Below, piece by piece: positions 45,384-57,574 of a DNA stretch of 64,000 nt. The translations under genes were made by a program, and so were the position numbers. Source of the stretch: Myxococcota bacterium (GTDB lineage: Bacteria; Myxococcota_A; UBA9160; UBA6930); the NCBI GenBank assembly GCA_965223705.1, contig OZ245015.1, forward strand, positions 384,001-448,000, in the 5' to 3' direction. Every line of letters begins with the position of its first letter. The stretch's first letter is position 1. The notes beneath the pieces were generated by a model that saw nothing but the letters and a program-made list of their open reading frames with translations, was not told the DNA's origin and searched no databases.

Positions 45384-45761
45384 TTGATCCAGTTCGATCG
45401 CGAGAATTTCCGCCAAGCGTTGAATGCCGACGGAGAGTTCTCCGTGAGCGCCGAGTTTTGGGACGCCGATCTGCACCTGGGCCTGGGTGATTTCACGTCG
45501 CTCGTGAAGATCCGCGACGGGCAAGTCGCGGAGATCCGCGAGACGAAGGAAATCGAGCAGAGCGACATCGTGTTGCAAGGGCCCGAGTCCGAGTGGAAGA
45601 AGGCGCTCGAGGCCGTCCCCGAGCCCTACTACCACCATATTTTTTCCGCCGTCTGTTTCCACGACATCTCGTGGGGCGGCGATGTCGAAGGCGCCATGGC
45701 GTACCTCGGCGCACTGAACCGGATGGTCGATCTCCTGCGCGAACACGCGCAGGTTTCCTAG
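45384..45761 (+). CDS. SCP2/sterol-binding-like small protein
   Basis: TTG with GGAGG RBS; pattern VKIRDGQV...DIVLQGPESEW resembles an SCP2 fold. Confidence 0.6.
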   Translation: MIQFDRENFRQALNADGEFSVSAEFWDADLHLGLGDFTSLVKIRDGQVAEIRETKEIEQSDIVLQGPESEWKKALEAVPEPYYHHIFSAVCFHDISWGGDVEGAMAYLGALNRMVDLLREHAQVS

Positions 45762-45769
45762 GAGCTTCC

Positions 45770-46615
45770 ATGGCGCGAATCGAAGAAGTGGTCGGACGCT
45801 ACGTATACGTCGAGCTCGACGGCGTCGAATATCGGGTCTACTACGAAGAGGCCGGGCAGGGGATCCCGCTTCTCTGCCAGCACACCGCGGGTTCGGACGG
45901 TCGCCAGTGGCGCCATTTGCTGGCGGATTCGGAAATCACGGAGAACTTCCGCGTGATTGCGTGGGACCTGCCCTACCACGGGAAATCCGTACCGCCGGAT
46001 GGCGTCGATTGGTGGAAGCGGGACTACAAGCTCGAGCGCCACTGGTTCATGAAATTCGTGTTGGAGTTCGCGCGTGCCCTCGACATCGAGCGGCCCGTAT
46101 TCATGGGCTGTTCGATGGGCGGTCAGCTGGCCATCGACCTGGCGTTCCACCACCCCGCGTCGTTTCGCGCAGTCGTGGGCATCGAGTCCGGACTCGACAG
46201 CGGCGATTTCGACGCTTCCTACTTCAACCACCCGAGGATCAGCAACGCGAACAAGGGCAACATGATGATGAGCATCATGTCCCCGATGAGCCCCGAGCAC
46301 CGTCGGCGCGAGACGGCGTGGTGCTACGCCCAGGGTGGTCCTCCGGTGTTCCGAGGGGACTTGAACTACTACTTCGAGTACGACCTGAACGACAAGGCGC
46401 GCCAGATCAACACTGACGAAGTGCCGATCTATCTACTCACCGGTGAGTACGACTGGTCGGTCACGCCGGAGATGACGAAGGCACTGGTGGCCGAGGTTCC
46501 AGGCGCGACGTTCAAGACCATGGAAAAAGTCGGGCACTTCCCGATGAGCGAAAACCCCGAGGTCTTCAAGGAATATCTGATGCCCTACCTCGACGAGATC
46601 CGCGGGGCCGCTTAA
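45770..46615 (+). CDS. Alpha/beta hydrolase
   Basis: CQHTAGSD, WDLPYHGKS, GCSMGG, GEYD, GHFPMSENP. Confidence 0.9.
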   Translation: MARIEEVVGRYVYVELDGVEYRVYYEEAGQGIPLLCQHTAGSDGRQWRHLLADSEITENFRVIAWDLPYHGKSVPPDGVDWWKRDYKLERHWFMKFVLEFARALDIERPVFMGCSMGGQLAIDLAFHHPASFRAVVGIESGLDSGDFDASYFNHPRISNANKGNMMMSIMSPMSPEHRRRETAWCYAQGGPPVFRGDLNYYFEYDLNDKARQINTDEVPIYLLTGEYDWSVTPEMTKALVAEVPGATFKTMEKVGHFPMSENPEVFKEYLMPYLDEIRGAA

Positions 46616-47226
46616 GCGCCCGCCAGCGCCGCAAGCCCTTCGGGATCGCTCGACGGCGTGCCGGCCGCCCAGCCGTCGTCGCGTCGACTGATCGTCGTGA
46701 CTTCGCCGAGCTCCGGCGCGCCTTCCGGCAGCGCTTCGCCGAGAAGCTCCTCGACAATCACGCGAATCACGCCCTTGTGGAGAACCAGCAGGGCACTCGT
46801 GGCGCGCTCTTGCAGCAGCTCGTTCAGCCCGGCGACGACCCGCGCCTTGAACGCGGGGCGCGCTTCCCCGCTCGGATACGCGAACGTGTCGGCTCCCTCC
46901 TGCCACTCCGCGTAGCGAGTCGGATCGGTGTCGCGGATTTCGTCCGCGGTAAAGCCTTCCCAGCGGCCGAAGTCGACCTCCCGAAACGCGTGATACAGCC
47001 GGACCTGGGAGCCGCGACCCGCAATCGCTGCGCTCTTCCAGGAGCGCTGCAGTGGGCTCGCGACCACGATATCCGTCGGCCATGACGACAGATGGCCCGC
47101 GACCTCGCGCATCTGAGCGCGCCCTTCGGCGGACAGGTCGACGTCCGTGCTCCCGAAGTAGCGGATGCTCGATTGGCCCTCCGTCTCGCCGTGTCGAACC
47201 AGTACCAAGCGCCGAAGCGTCGTCAT
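46612..47226 (-). CDS. Histidine phosphatase (phosphoglycerate mutase family)
   Basis: LVRHGET, ASPLQRS, EVDFGRWEG, LHKGVIR. Confidence 0.9.
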   Translation of the reverse strand: MTTLRRLVLVRHGETEGQSSIRYFGSTDVDLSAEGRAQMREVAGHLSSWPTDIVVASPLQRSWKSAAIAGRGSQVRLYHAFREVDFGRWEGFTADEIRDTDPTRYAEWQEGADTFAYPSGEARPAFKARVVAGLNELLQERATSALLVLHKGVIRVIVEELLGEALPEGAPELGEVTTISRRDDGWAAGTPSSDPEGLAALAGA

Positions 47227-47332
47227 CCGTGGTCTCCGCCTCCGTGATTGCGGGGCCAAACCATGGGCTAAGGCGCGGGAGTCGTCAAACCCGATAAGAA
47301 CAGGCGCTACCATCCCACCGGGGAGGATTCTT

Positions 47333-48706
47333 GTGACGCTGCGTGGCCTCATTCTCGTTCTGTTGGCGGTTCTGCTTGTGGGCTTGATGGGTCTCACATA
47401 CCACCGCTGCGAGCCGGAATCGCCCATCGTTCTCGCCCCGGAAACCCTCGTCATCGGCAAAGCGCCCCAAGAGATCCGTATCCAGGTCGAAGATGCGGGG
47501 AGCGGGCTCCGCCAGGTCTCGGCGACGCTGCGCCACGCCGACGGCGAAGCCGAGATGGACGCGAAGTTCTTCCCCGGAAAGCTCTTGAGCGGGTCGGGTG
47601 AAAACCGCACGGAAATCGCCGTGGAAATCGATGCCGAGGCGCTGGCACTTCCCGAAGGCGAAGCGTTTCTAGACGTCGTGGCCCGCGATTGGTCGTGGCG
47701 AGATTGGCTCCGCGGCAACGAAACGCGGCACACCACGCCCGTCCGAATCGATCTGCGCGCGCCTCGGGTGTTCGTCGAAAGCGGGCTGACGTACGTGCGC
47801 CGCGGAGGCGCGGCGGCCGTTGTGTACTCCATCGACGAGGCCGCCGCGCGCGACGGTGTCGTCGTCGATGACGTGTTCTTCCCCGGGTACCCGTTCCCGG
47901 TCGATCGATCGTCTCCCCCGGAAGAGCGAGCGGGCGCCGGCAGACGCTTCGCCCTCTTTGCCATTCCTCGGGACGCGGCGGAAACCCCGAAGGTGCGCGT
48001 CATCGGTGAGGACGACGCCGGAAACCAAAGTGTGGCGACTTTCCCCGCCCGCGTTCAGGAGCGCTCTTTCGAAGACGTTCGCATCAACCTTCCCCAGAGC
48101 TTTCTCGATTCGAAAGTCCCGCAACTCGCAGAGAAAGTGGACGTCGGCTTGGGAGACGGTCCGATTTCGGCGTTTCAAAGAATCAACCGAGACGTCCGCG
48201 CTGCGAACGAGCAGCGGATCGATGAGATCGTCGCAAATTCGGCAACCGCGCCGCTCTGGAACGGCCGCTTTCGTCAGATGAAAAACTCGGCGGTGACGAG
48301 TCGGTTCGCCGAGCACCGGACCTACTTTTTCTCCGGCGAGTCCGTTTCCGAGGCCGTCCACTACGGCTACGACCTGGCTTCCACATCGCTCGCGCCGGTC
48401 GCCGCTTCCAACGCGGGACGCGTGATCTTCGCCGACGAGCTCGGCATTTACGGGAACTGCGTCATCGTCGACCACGGCCTGGGGCTTTCGACGCTCTACG
48501 CACACTTGTCTCGCATCGATGTCGCCGTCGGTGACGATCTCGAAAAAGGTCAGGAGCTCGGTCGCTCGGGCGAAACCGGTCTCGCGGGCGGCGATCACCT
48601 CCATTTCGCGATCATGGTCGCCGGAACGTATGTCGATCCCAAGGAGTGGTGGGATCCTCGCTGGGTCCGCGACCACATCGAGGCGCGTCTCAAGCCCAAG
48701 CCTTGA
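47333..48706 (+). CDS. M23 family metallopeptidase
   Basis: N-terminal TM; HYGYDLA, IYGNCVIVDHG, LYAHL, GDHLHF. Confidence 0.92.
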   Translation: MTLRGLILVLLAVLLVGLMGLTYHRCEPESPIVLAPETLVIGKAPQEIRIQVEDAGSGLRQVSATLRHADGEAEMDAKFFPGKLLSGSGENRTEIAVEIDAEALALPEGEAFLDVVARDWSWRDWLRGNETRHTTPVRIDLRAPRVFVESGLTYVRRGGAAAVVYSIDEAAARDGVVVDDVFFPGYPFPVDRSSPPEERAGAGRRFALFAIPRDAAETPKVRVIGEDDAGNQSVATFPARVQERSFEDVRINLPQSFLDSKVPQLAEKVDVGLGDGPISAFQRINRDVRAANEQRIDEIVANSATAPLWNGRFRQMKNSAVTSRFAEHRTYFFSGESVSEAVHYGYDLASTSLAPVAASNAGRVIFADELGIYGNCVIVDHGLGLSTLYAHLSRIDVAVGDDLEKGQELGRSGETGLAGGDHLHFAIMVAGTYVDPKEWWDPRWVRDHIEARLKPKP

Positions 48707-49425
48707 TGCGCGAACTGGGCACAGACGTAACCGTAGGCGCCAGCCTGCGCGGCCGGTTGCTCCGCCGCTACAAGCGCTTCTTCGCCGACATCGAAACCGA
48801 CGGAGGCGAGGAACTGACGGTGCATTGTCCGAATCCGGGCAGTATGCGCGGGCTGCTCGAGGTCGGCGCGGCCGTGCGTTGCACGACGAGCGACGATCCG
48901 CGCAGAAAATTGCGTCACACGTTGGAGATGATCCGTCTGGGTCACGTGTGGGTCGGGCTCCACACACTGCGCGCGAATCAGATCGCAGCGGGCGTGCTCC
49001 GGGAAGGGAGGTTTAGCCCGCTGTCCGGTTATGCCGAAGTCGCGGGGGAAGTCGCTGTCGGCGAGGGCACCCGTCTCGATTTTCAACTGCGAGGTCACCC
49101 GGAGCGCCCCGACGTCTACGTCGAAGTGAAAAGCGTGACGATGGCCGACGGACCGCTGGCCCGTTTTCCCGACAGCGTCACGGCTCGCGGTAAAAAACAT
49201 GCCGAGCGCCTCGCAGCGCTCGCCGGTACGGGTCGGCGCGCGGCGCTGCTGTTCGTGGTGCAGCGGGGCGACTGCGAGCGCGTCGAGCCGGCGGACGATA
49301 TCGACCCGGCCTACGGCGAAGCCCTTCGTCGAGCCGCGGCGGAAGGTGTCGAGCTCTACGCGATCCGCGCGCGTGTCGGTCCGTCGCGAATCCGAGCGGA
49401 ACGGGAGCTCCCGGTATGTCTTTAA
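48706..49425 (+). CDS. sfsA: DNA/RNA nuclease SfsA
   Basis: RRYKRFFAD, HCPNPGSM, RLDF, VEVKSVT, FPDSVTARGKKH. Confidence 0.93.
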   Translation: MRELGTDVTVGASLRGRLLRRYKRFFADIETDGGEELTVHCPNPGSMRGLLEVGAAVRCTTSDDPRRKLRHTLEMIRLGHVWVGLHTLRANQIAAGVLREGRFSPLSGYAEVAGEVAVGEGTRLDFQLRGHPERPDVYVEVKSVTMADGPLARFPDSVTARGKKHAERLAALAGTGRRAALLFVVQRGDCERVEPADDIDPAYGEALRRAAAEGVELYAIRARVGPSRIRAERELPVCL

Positions 49426-50498
49426 ACACCGAGGACCGCGCGCTGCGCAAAACCCTGCTCTACTGGTACCGCACCCATCGCCGCGATCTCCCATGGCGAA
49501 AAAGGCGGGACGCGTACGCGATCTGGCTCTCCGAAACGATGCTGCAGCAGACCCGCGTCGACACAGTCATTCCCTACTACGAACGCTTCCTCGAGCGCTT
49601 CCCCGACGTTCACGCGCTGGCGGGGGCGGATCTGGACGACGTGCTCGGCGAATGGGCTGGGCTCGGCTACTACCATCGCGCGCGCTCCTTGCACAAAACG
49701 GCGCAACGCGTTTCCGTGAGGAACGGGGGTTCGTTTCCGAGGACGGTCGAGGCGCTTCGCGAGTTGCCGGGCATTGGCGCCTACACCGCCGGCGCAATCG
49801 CCGCGATCGCGTTCTCCGAGCCTGCGCCCGCCGTCGATGGCAACGTCATACGGGTCTTTTCGCGTTTGTTCGGAATCCGCGGCGACGTCACGCGACCCGA
49901 CGTGCGCCGGGAAATCGACCAGCGGGCGACGGAGTTCGCACGGGGAGAAATGCCGGCGGACTGGTGCCAGGCGGTCATGGAGCTCGGCGCACTCCTGTGT
50001 GCGCCCCGAAAACCACGCTGCACGGGATGTCCGGTCGCCACTCATTGCGACGCGAATCGTGCGGGCGATGCGGAGTCGCTTCCGAACAAGCCGAAGAAAC
50101 GGAAACCGAAGACGATCGAAGGCGCGGCGGCGCTGCTGCTGCGGGGAGGGAAAGCCCTTGCGGTGCGCCGGACGGAAGGCGGTTTGCTCGGCGGCCTATG
50201 GGACTTGCCCGGGGGCGAGCTCGACCGCGGCGAGGACCCGGCGACGGGGCTTGTGCGCCACCTCGAAGAGGGAACGGGACTCACGCTCAGCGCAGCACCC
50301 GAAGCGTGCGGCTCGGTGGCTCACGTCTTCACGCATCGACGGCTGCGCTTGCACATCTTTCGCGCTTACGCCGAGCCCGGTCGGACAAAGCGGCGGGGTT
50401 TTTCGGATCATCGCTGGCTTTCACCGTCGCGGTTTTCGGAGCTGCCCCATGCGAGGCTCACCGGCAAGGCGCTTCGCCTCCTCGGGTTGTCGGATTGA
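49416..50498 (+). CDS. mutY: A/G-specific adenine glycosylase
   Basis: RDLPWR, SETMLQQT, WAGLGYY, LPGIGAYTA, VDGNV, Cx6Cx2Cx5C, C-terminal NUDIX-like HVFTH. Confidence 0.95.
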   Translation: MSLNTEDRALRKTLLYWYRTHRRDLPWRKRRDAYAIWLSETMLQQTRVDTVIPYYERFLERFPDVHALAGADLDDVLGEWAGLGYYHRARSLHKTAQRVSVRNGGSFPRTVEALRELPGIGAYTAGAIAAIAFSEPAPAVDGNVIRVFSRLFGIRGDVTRPDVRREIDQRATEFARGEMPADWCQAVMELGALLCAPRKPRCTGCPVATHCDANRAGDAESLPNKPKKRKPKTIEGAAALLLRGGKALAVRRTEGGLLGGLWDLPGGELDRGEDPATGLVRHLEEGTGLTLSAAPEACGSVAHVFTHRRLRLHIFRAYAEPGRTKRRGFSDHRWLSPSRFSELPHARLTGKALRLLGLSD

Positions 50499-50902
50499 AG
50501 CGCGCCGAGTTCCACGTCGAATGGCAGGGAGAAACGGTCAAGGGCTGGGCGGACGGCGTCGATCGCTCCCACCTGCGCAAGCTCCGCCGCGGCGAGTGGC
50601 TTCCGGAATTCGAGCTCGATCTCCACGGGCTCCGAGAACACGAGGCGCAGGCGCTGGTGCTCGAGTTCGTCGAGGACGCACTTGGCGAAGGCGCCCGTTG
50701 TATTTCCATCATTCACGGGCGCGGTCACCGGTCGGAGCGCGGGCCGGTTTTGAAACAAGCCTGTGTTCGCTGGCTTTCGACCGGGCCGGCCCGCGCGCAC
50801 GTCTTGGCGTTCCACTCGGCGCCGGCGGTCGGCGGCGGGGGCGGGGCCACCTGGGTTCTGCTGCGTCGCGCCCGGGGCCGAGAGAAAGCACCGCCCGGCT
50901 AG
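50495..50902 (+). CDS. Stand-alone Smr domain protein
   Basis: LRKLRRG, LDLHG, IIHGRG, GGGGAT; TTG overlaps the mutY stop. Confidence 0.85.
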   Translation: MKRAEFHVEWQGETVKGWADGVDRSHLRKLRRGEWLPEFELDLHGLREHEAQALVLEFVEDALGEGARCISIIHGRGHRSERGPVLKQACVRWLSTGPARAHVLAFHSAPAVGGGGGATWVLLRRARGREKAPPG

Positions 50903-50933
50903 CGTCGGCCGCGAGGGTCTCTATCCTCGCTGC

Positions 50934-52031
50934 GTGACAAGCCGTTTCGGACAAATTTTCAGCGTGACCACGTTTGGTGAATCCCACGGCGGCGGCGTGG
51001 GCGTGGTTGTCGATGGCTGTCCTCCGCGCTTTCGCTTCGACGCGGCGGCGATTCAGGCGGATCTCGATCGCCGTCGGCCGGGTCAAAGCCATCTGACGAC
51101 CCCGCGCCAGGAAGCGGACCGAATCGAAGTTCTCTCCGGGGTGTTCGAGGGTGTGACTCTCGGAACGCCGATCGCGATGTGGGTCCGCAACAAGGACGCG
51201 CGGCCCGAAGCGTACGCCGACATGAAGGATCTCTATCGCCCTTCGCACGCGGACTACACCACGGAAGCGAAGTACGGCGTGCGCAATTGGCAAGGCGGCG
51301 GGCGCGCCAGCGCGCGCGAAACCATCGGTCGCGTCGCGGCGGGCGCCTTGGCCCGCGGGCTTCTCCGTCAGTTGGCGGAAATCGAAGTGCTGGCTTGGGT
51401 GAGTCGCGTTCATGAAATCGAAGCGGACGTCGATACCGACGCGGTCACACTCGAGGCCGTCGAAAGCAATCTCGTGCGTTGTCCCGATGCGCGGGCCGCG
51501 ACCACGATGGAAGAAGCGATCGATGCGGCGCGGCGCCGCGGCGATTCCCTGGGTGGGGTCGTAACTTGTGTCGCGCGCGGCGTGCCCGCGGGTCTGGGAG
51601 AGCCGGTTTTCGACAAGCTCGACGCCGACTTAGCCGGAGCGATGTTGTCACTGCCCGCGGTGAAGGGCTTCGAGGTGGGCAGCGGTTTCGCCGGGACGCG
51701 CTTGACCGGTTCTGAGCACAACGATCCTTTTCTTGCGGATGCGTCGGGCGGCGTGCGCACGGCGACGAACCACTCGGGCGGCATCCAAGGCGGAATCAGC
51801 AACGGCGAGACGATTCACTTTCGAACCGCCTTTAAACCCACAGCTACGATTCGCGTCGCTCAGGACACGGTGACGACCGGCGGCGACGCTGCGACGCTCG
51901 AAGCGGGGGGGCGACACGATCCCTGCGTCCTGCCGCGCGCCGTCCCGATGGTCGAGGCGATGGTCTGTCTCGTCCTCGTCGACCATTTGTTGCGTCAGCG
52001 GGCGACCGACGTGTTGCCCGCACTCGATTAG
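50934..52031 (+). CDS. aroC: Chorismate synthase
   Basis: [40 protein letters not shown]. Confidence 0.96.
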   Translation: MTSRFGQIFSVTTFGESHGGGVGVVVDGCPPRFRFDAAAIQADLDRRRPGQSHLTTPRQEADRIEVLSGVFEGVTLGTPIAMWVRNKDARPEAYADMKDLYRPSHADYTTEAKYGVRNWQGGGRASARETIGRVAAGALARGLLRQLAEIEVLAWVSRVHEIEADVDTDAVTLEAVESNLVRCPDARAATTMEEAIDAARRRGDSLGGVVTCVARGVPAGLGEPVFDKLDADLAGAMLSLPAVKGFEVGSGFAGTRLTGSEHNDPFLADASGGVRTATNHSGGIQGGISNGETIHFRTAFKPTATIRVAQDTVTTGGDAATLEAGGRHDPCVLPRAVPMVEAMVCLVLVDHLLRQRATDVLPALD

Positions 52032-52489
52032 GGCAAGAGGACGAATCCCGTCAAGAACGCTGCGGCCGTACCAAAGACCGTGACCAAGCCGAGCCACCCG
52101 TGAACTTCAGCGCTGCTTCCGTTCCCGCGGAACAGACGCCAACCCAAGACGCCCGTTGCGACGCCGAGCGATGCGACACTCAGCGCGACCCAGGCGTGTA
52201 GCGAGCTCAGGACCTCGAAGCCTCGGAGGTACAAGACGGAGACGGGTCCGAGCGCCGCTCCGACTACAAGCGCGATGACCGCGATGCGCGCGACCTTGAC
52301 GTGCAACATGCGCGCCCCGGCGCCGATGCCGTCGCCGCGCAGGCGGGCTTTTCGCAGGCCGAGCCCTTCGCGCAGGGCGAGCGCGAGAAGGCCCGTCGTA
52401 AGGAGCATCCAAAAGGGATGGCCGTAGGACAGAAAGCGCGCGAACACTTCGCGCGTAGCGGGGTCGATCGGGGTCGCGGGATCGCTCAC
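52028..52489 (-). CDS. Four-TM membrane protein, DUF4079-like (possible cytochrome b561 fold)
   Basis: Four hydrophobic helices each associated with a His (GHP, LHV, LHA, VHG). Confidence 0.7.
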   Translation of the reverse strand: MSDPATPIDPATREVFARFLSYGHPFWMLLTTGLLALALREGLGLRKARLRGDGIGAGARMLHVKVARIAVIALVVGAALGPVSVLYLRGFEVLSSLHAWVALSVASLGVATGVLGWRLFRGNGSSAEVHGWLGLVTVFGTAAAFLTGFVLLP

Positions 52490-52490
52490 G

Positions 52491-53216
52491 TTACTCGACG
52501 CGGTGCACCGCTCCTTCCGGCAAGCGCTTGAGCAGATCGTCCAACGCGTTTTGCAGGTAGCCGGCGTCTCTCGATTCGAGCGTCAGCAGCACCTTGAACG
52601 ATTCTTCTCCGATCTTGGGGTAAGACCCGAGAAGCAATTCCGGGAACGATTCGAGCACTTCCTGCAGGTGTCCCGCGATGTCGCTTTCTCGTTCGTTTAC
52701 GAACACGCGCTTTAGCAGGAACGGTACGCCGCGGAACCGGTCGCGAATCGAATCGAACTTTCTCATCAGGAGCGCCGGAATTCCCGGGAAGATGTACACG
52801 TTGTCGACGACGACCACCGGGAACCACAAATCGCCGGCATCGAGGAGCGCTGCTCCCGCCGGAATCATCGCCATCTTCGACTGGCTCTCGTTGCAGGGCT
52901 TTCCCTGCGCGGTCTCGATTCTCGAAATGATGGAGCCGTTCAGCTCGAGCGGCCGGCCGAACGCCGAGGCCACACCGTCCATGGTCAGGTCGTCATGCGT
53001 CGGGCCGACACCGCCGGACGTGAACACGAAATCGTACCGAGCGGCGAAGTCGCGGACCTCGTCCGCGATGAGATCGATTTCATCCGAGATGGTCAAGATG
53101 CGATCGACGTCGACGCCGAGTTCGCGCAGCTCGCGGCACAAGTAGGGCGAGTTCGTGTCGGTCACTTTCCCCGACAAGATCTCGTTTCCGATGATGATGA
53201 TCCCAGCGGTCGGCAT
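52491..53216 (-). CDS. CinA/MoeA-like molybdopterin-binding domain protein
   Basis: IGNEILSGKVTDTN, TSGGVGPTHDDLT, FPGIP. Confidence 0.88.
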   Translation of the reverse strand: MPTAGIIIIGNEILSGKVTDTNSPYLCRELRELGVDVDRILTISDEIDLIADEVRDFAARYDFVFTSGGVGPTHDDLTMDGVASAFGRPLELNGSIISRIETAQGKPCNESQSKMAMIPAGAALLDAGDLWFPVVVVDNVYIFPGIPALLMRKFDSIRDRFRGVPFLLKRVFVNERESDIAGHLQEVLESFPELLLGSYPKIGEESFKVLLTLESRDAGYLQNALDDLLKRLPEGAVHRVE

Positions 53217-53253
53217 TGCCGGAGGTTAGCCCCTTTCGCATATCCTCGCGGTC

Positions 53254-53562
53254 GTGGAGTACCGAGTATCTTTCGTGGCCGCGAAGGCCGGAGAAGAAGC
53301 GCGCGAACTCGCGACCGTTGCCGTCGCCCGCGGCACGCTCCTCTCCGAAGCGGTGAGAAAGGCGGGGTTGCCGATCGCGACTGGCTGCAGCGGAGGCGCC
53401 CTGTGCGGCAACTGCGGGCTGCGCATTGTCCGCGGCCATGTCGCGCGCGAGAGTCGCGGCGAGCGTGAAGCGAAACGGAGAAACCGTGTGGATCCGGCGC
53501 TCAGGCTCGCTTGCCGGATCGGCGTAACGGACGATCTCGAAGCGACCGCAGACTACTGGTAG
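53254..53562 (+). CDS. 2Fe-2S ferredoxin
   Basis: CSGGALCGNC...RLAC. Confidence 0.85.
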   Translation: MEYRVSFVAAKAGEEARELATVAVARGTLLSEAVRKAGLPIATGCSGGALCGNCGLRIVRGHVARESRGEREAKRRNRVDPALRLACRIGVTDDLEATADYW

Positions 53563-53581
53563 TCCACGCGGGCGCGGAATG

Positions 53582-53872
53582 TCATCCCCAGTCGGAGATA
53601 TCGGATTTCCCGAAACGGCGCTCCAGGGTTCGCCACTGCACATATGCCGTCGCGCAACCGCCGGCGGTGAACACGCCGATCGCCAGCAGGACTCGCCCGT
53701 AGAAGATCGGGGAAGCGAGTGACTCGGCGATGGCGTGTCCCTGGGTGATCTCGATGGCGGCTGCGACGGCCAGGCCCATGGGGATGCCGCGCAGGAGCCC
53801 GCCCTGAATGACGAAGCGGCGGCGTCCTTTCGGGCGCGCCTCATTCCATTGCTCACGCGTTGTGATCCACAC
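53582..53872 (-). CDS. Small hypothetical membrane protein (2 TM)
   Basis: WNEARPKGRRRFV followed by two hydrophobic helices; start codon uncertain. Confidence 0.55.
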   Translation of the reverse strand: MWITTREQWNEARPKGRRRFVIQGGLLRGIPMGLAVAAAIEITQGHAIAESLASPIFYGRVLLAIGVFTAGGCATAYVQWRTLERRFGKSDISDWG

Positions 53873-53919
53873 TCCAAAAGGATGGCGCGCGGAATCCCCG
53901 GTGTCATCATCCGCCCGCC

Positions 53920-55124
53920 ATGGATCAGCAAGTCGAGGAACGCCACGGCCTCCACAGCGGAACGATCGGGATCGCCGCGTTCTGGTTTCTCTACATGGGC
54001 GGGCTCGGAGCGATCTTCCCCTACTTGAGCCTCTACTTTCGAGAAGACGCGTCTCTTTCGGGCGACCAATTGGGCATCGCCCTGGCGATGACGCCGCTCG
54101 TCGGGATTTTCTCGCAACCGATCTGGGGGCACTTCGCGGATCGGACCGGCACGCGCCGAGGCGTGCTCGCGGCCCTCGCAGCGGGTGCCGCGGCGGGGTA
54201 TCTGCTCGTTTGGAGCGCGACGGCTTTCCTGCCACTCGTCGCCTGTGTTGCGCTTCTCGCCGTGTTCACGACGCCCGCCATGGCGGTCGCGTCGTCGCTG
54301 TCGTTTGCAGTGCTCGGCCCGGACGGCGCGTTTCGCTTCGGCCTCGTTCGGGCGTGGGGAACCGTCGGGTATCTCTGCATGATCCTCGCGCTGCCGAGTC
54401 TCCTCGAAAGCGACGCCGGAGTGCGGGCCGGGCTCGCGCTGATCTTCCCCATCGCTTCCGGTCTTTCCCTTCTCGCGGCGTTCACTCTCGTCGCCGTTCC
54501 GCCGGCGGGTGCGGTCGCCGTGCGCGCGAAGCGCGGTGACCTGGGCGCCCTGTTGCGCGAGGGGCCTTACCTCCGGCTCTTGGGGCTCGCGTTTTTCGCT
54601 TACGGAATGCTCACCGGCCCGATCCTTCTTTTCCCGGTGTTCGTCGCCGAACGAGGAGGCACGGTCGAAACGGTCAGCCGCCTGTGGATACCGATGTTGC
54701 TTCTCGAGGTGCCACTCATTCTGTTCGCGGGAGCCGGACTGCGGCGACTCGGGGCGCGGGGGCTCATCGCGTTGGGCATCGCCTGCGACGGTGTGCGTTG
54801 GGCGGTCTGCGCCCTGGCGCCGAGCTTGCTCTTCATGTTCGGCATCCAACTCCTCCACGGCGTCGTCGTCGTGGGACTCATCATCGGAATGCAACTCTAC
54901 GTCGAGGGGGCGGTTCCCCAGCGGTTGCGCTCCACCGGGCAGACCGTGCTCGGAACGGTCATCAGCGCCGGAGCGGTCTTGTCGAACTTGTGGGTCGGCT
55001 TCGCGCTGGAGCGCTTTGGCGCGACCCTGCCGTACCTCGTGTCGGGGTTCGGCGGAATGGTGCTCGCTGCGGTCGCCTGGTTCGTGCTCCGCGGAGCGGT
55101 TCCGCTCCGGGGGGCCCGGTCGCC

Positions 55125-55128
<4 letters not shown>
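53920..55128 (+). CDS. MFS transporter (HcaT/nucleoside:H+ symporter-like)
   Basis: About 12 [31 protein letters not shown]. Confidence 0.88.
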
Positions 55129-56738
<1,610 letters not shown>

Positions 56739-56932
56739 AATTTCCTCAAAGCTCGTGTGTGTCTCGATCGGCGCGGCAAGGCCGCACAATGGGAGACTTC
56801 ATTCGTTGCGCGCCTATTCAGCTATCGACAGCAACTCTCCCCGTGGAAGGCGCGTCCGCCTGGGAGGGTCGGTAAATCTAGCACCTGAAGCGGACTGTTG
56901 TGGCCCGTCACCCCGTGTTGTTGCAGGGTTTT

Positions 56933-57493
56933 TCAGCTCCCGGCAAGAGCGAACCAGTGCAGGGCCGCCACCACCAGAGCGTGGTCGATTCGGCCGCTGC
57001 GGAGGTGGGCAGAAAGATCGTCGCGGGGGACGAGCACCACCCGGGTTTCCTCGACGTCGGAGACCTCGATCTCGCCTGAGAGCTGCGCGTTTCGCGCCAT
57101 GAACGTGTGGCAGTGGTTGCCGAACAGGGCGGGGTTCGGATTGACGACCCCGAGGGGGATCACCTCGTCCGCCAGGTAGCCCGTCTCCTCCCGGAGCTCT
57201 CGTGCGGCCGCCTGCCCGGGGTCCTCTCCCGGGTCGACGATGCCGCCAGGGATTTCGAGGGTGACTTTTTCGCTTCCGTGTCGGTACTGCTCGACCATGA
57301 CGATCTCGTCTCCCGGTGTGAGGGCCACGATGTTGCACCAAGGGTCGGCGTCGATTCGATAGAACGGGTGCACCGCTCCCGTGCGGGGAGATCGGGCGTG
57401 GGCTCGGGAAACGTGGAAGACCGCACAATCCGCCACGGGCTCTCGGTGGACCAGTTGCCAGGCGAGGTCCGTTTTCTTGTCTTCCGGTTCCAT
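56933..57493 (-). CDS. NUDIX hydrolase (ADP-ribose pyrophosphatase-like)
   Basis: EQYRHG, LEIPGG...AAARELREETG Nudix box. Confidence 0.92.
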   Translation of the reverse strand: MEPEDKKTDLAWQLVHREPVADCAVFHVSRAHARSPRTGAVHPFYRIDADPWCNIVALTPGDEIVMVEQYRHGSEKVTLEIPGGIVDPGEDPGQAAARELREETGYLADEVIPLGVVNPNPALFGNHCHTFMARNAQLSGEIEVSDVEETRVVLVPRDDLSAHLRSGRIDHALVVAALHWFALAGS

Positions 57494-57574
57494 CGCCGAG
57501 GACCCTAGCACCGCAAACCTGCGCCCGATCGCGCGGATTTCGATAGGCTGCGGACGCCTTCACGGGGGGAGAGG

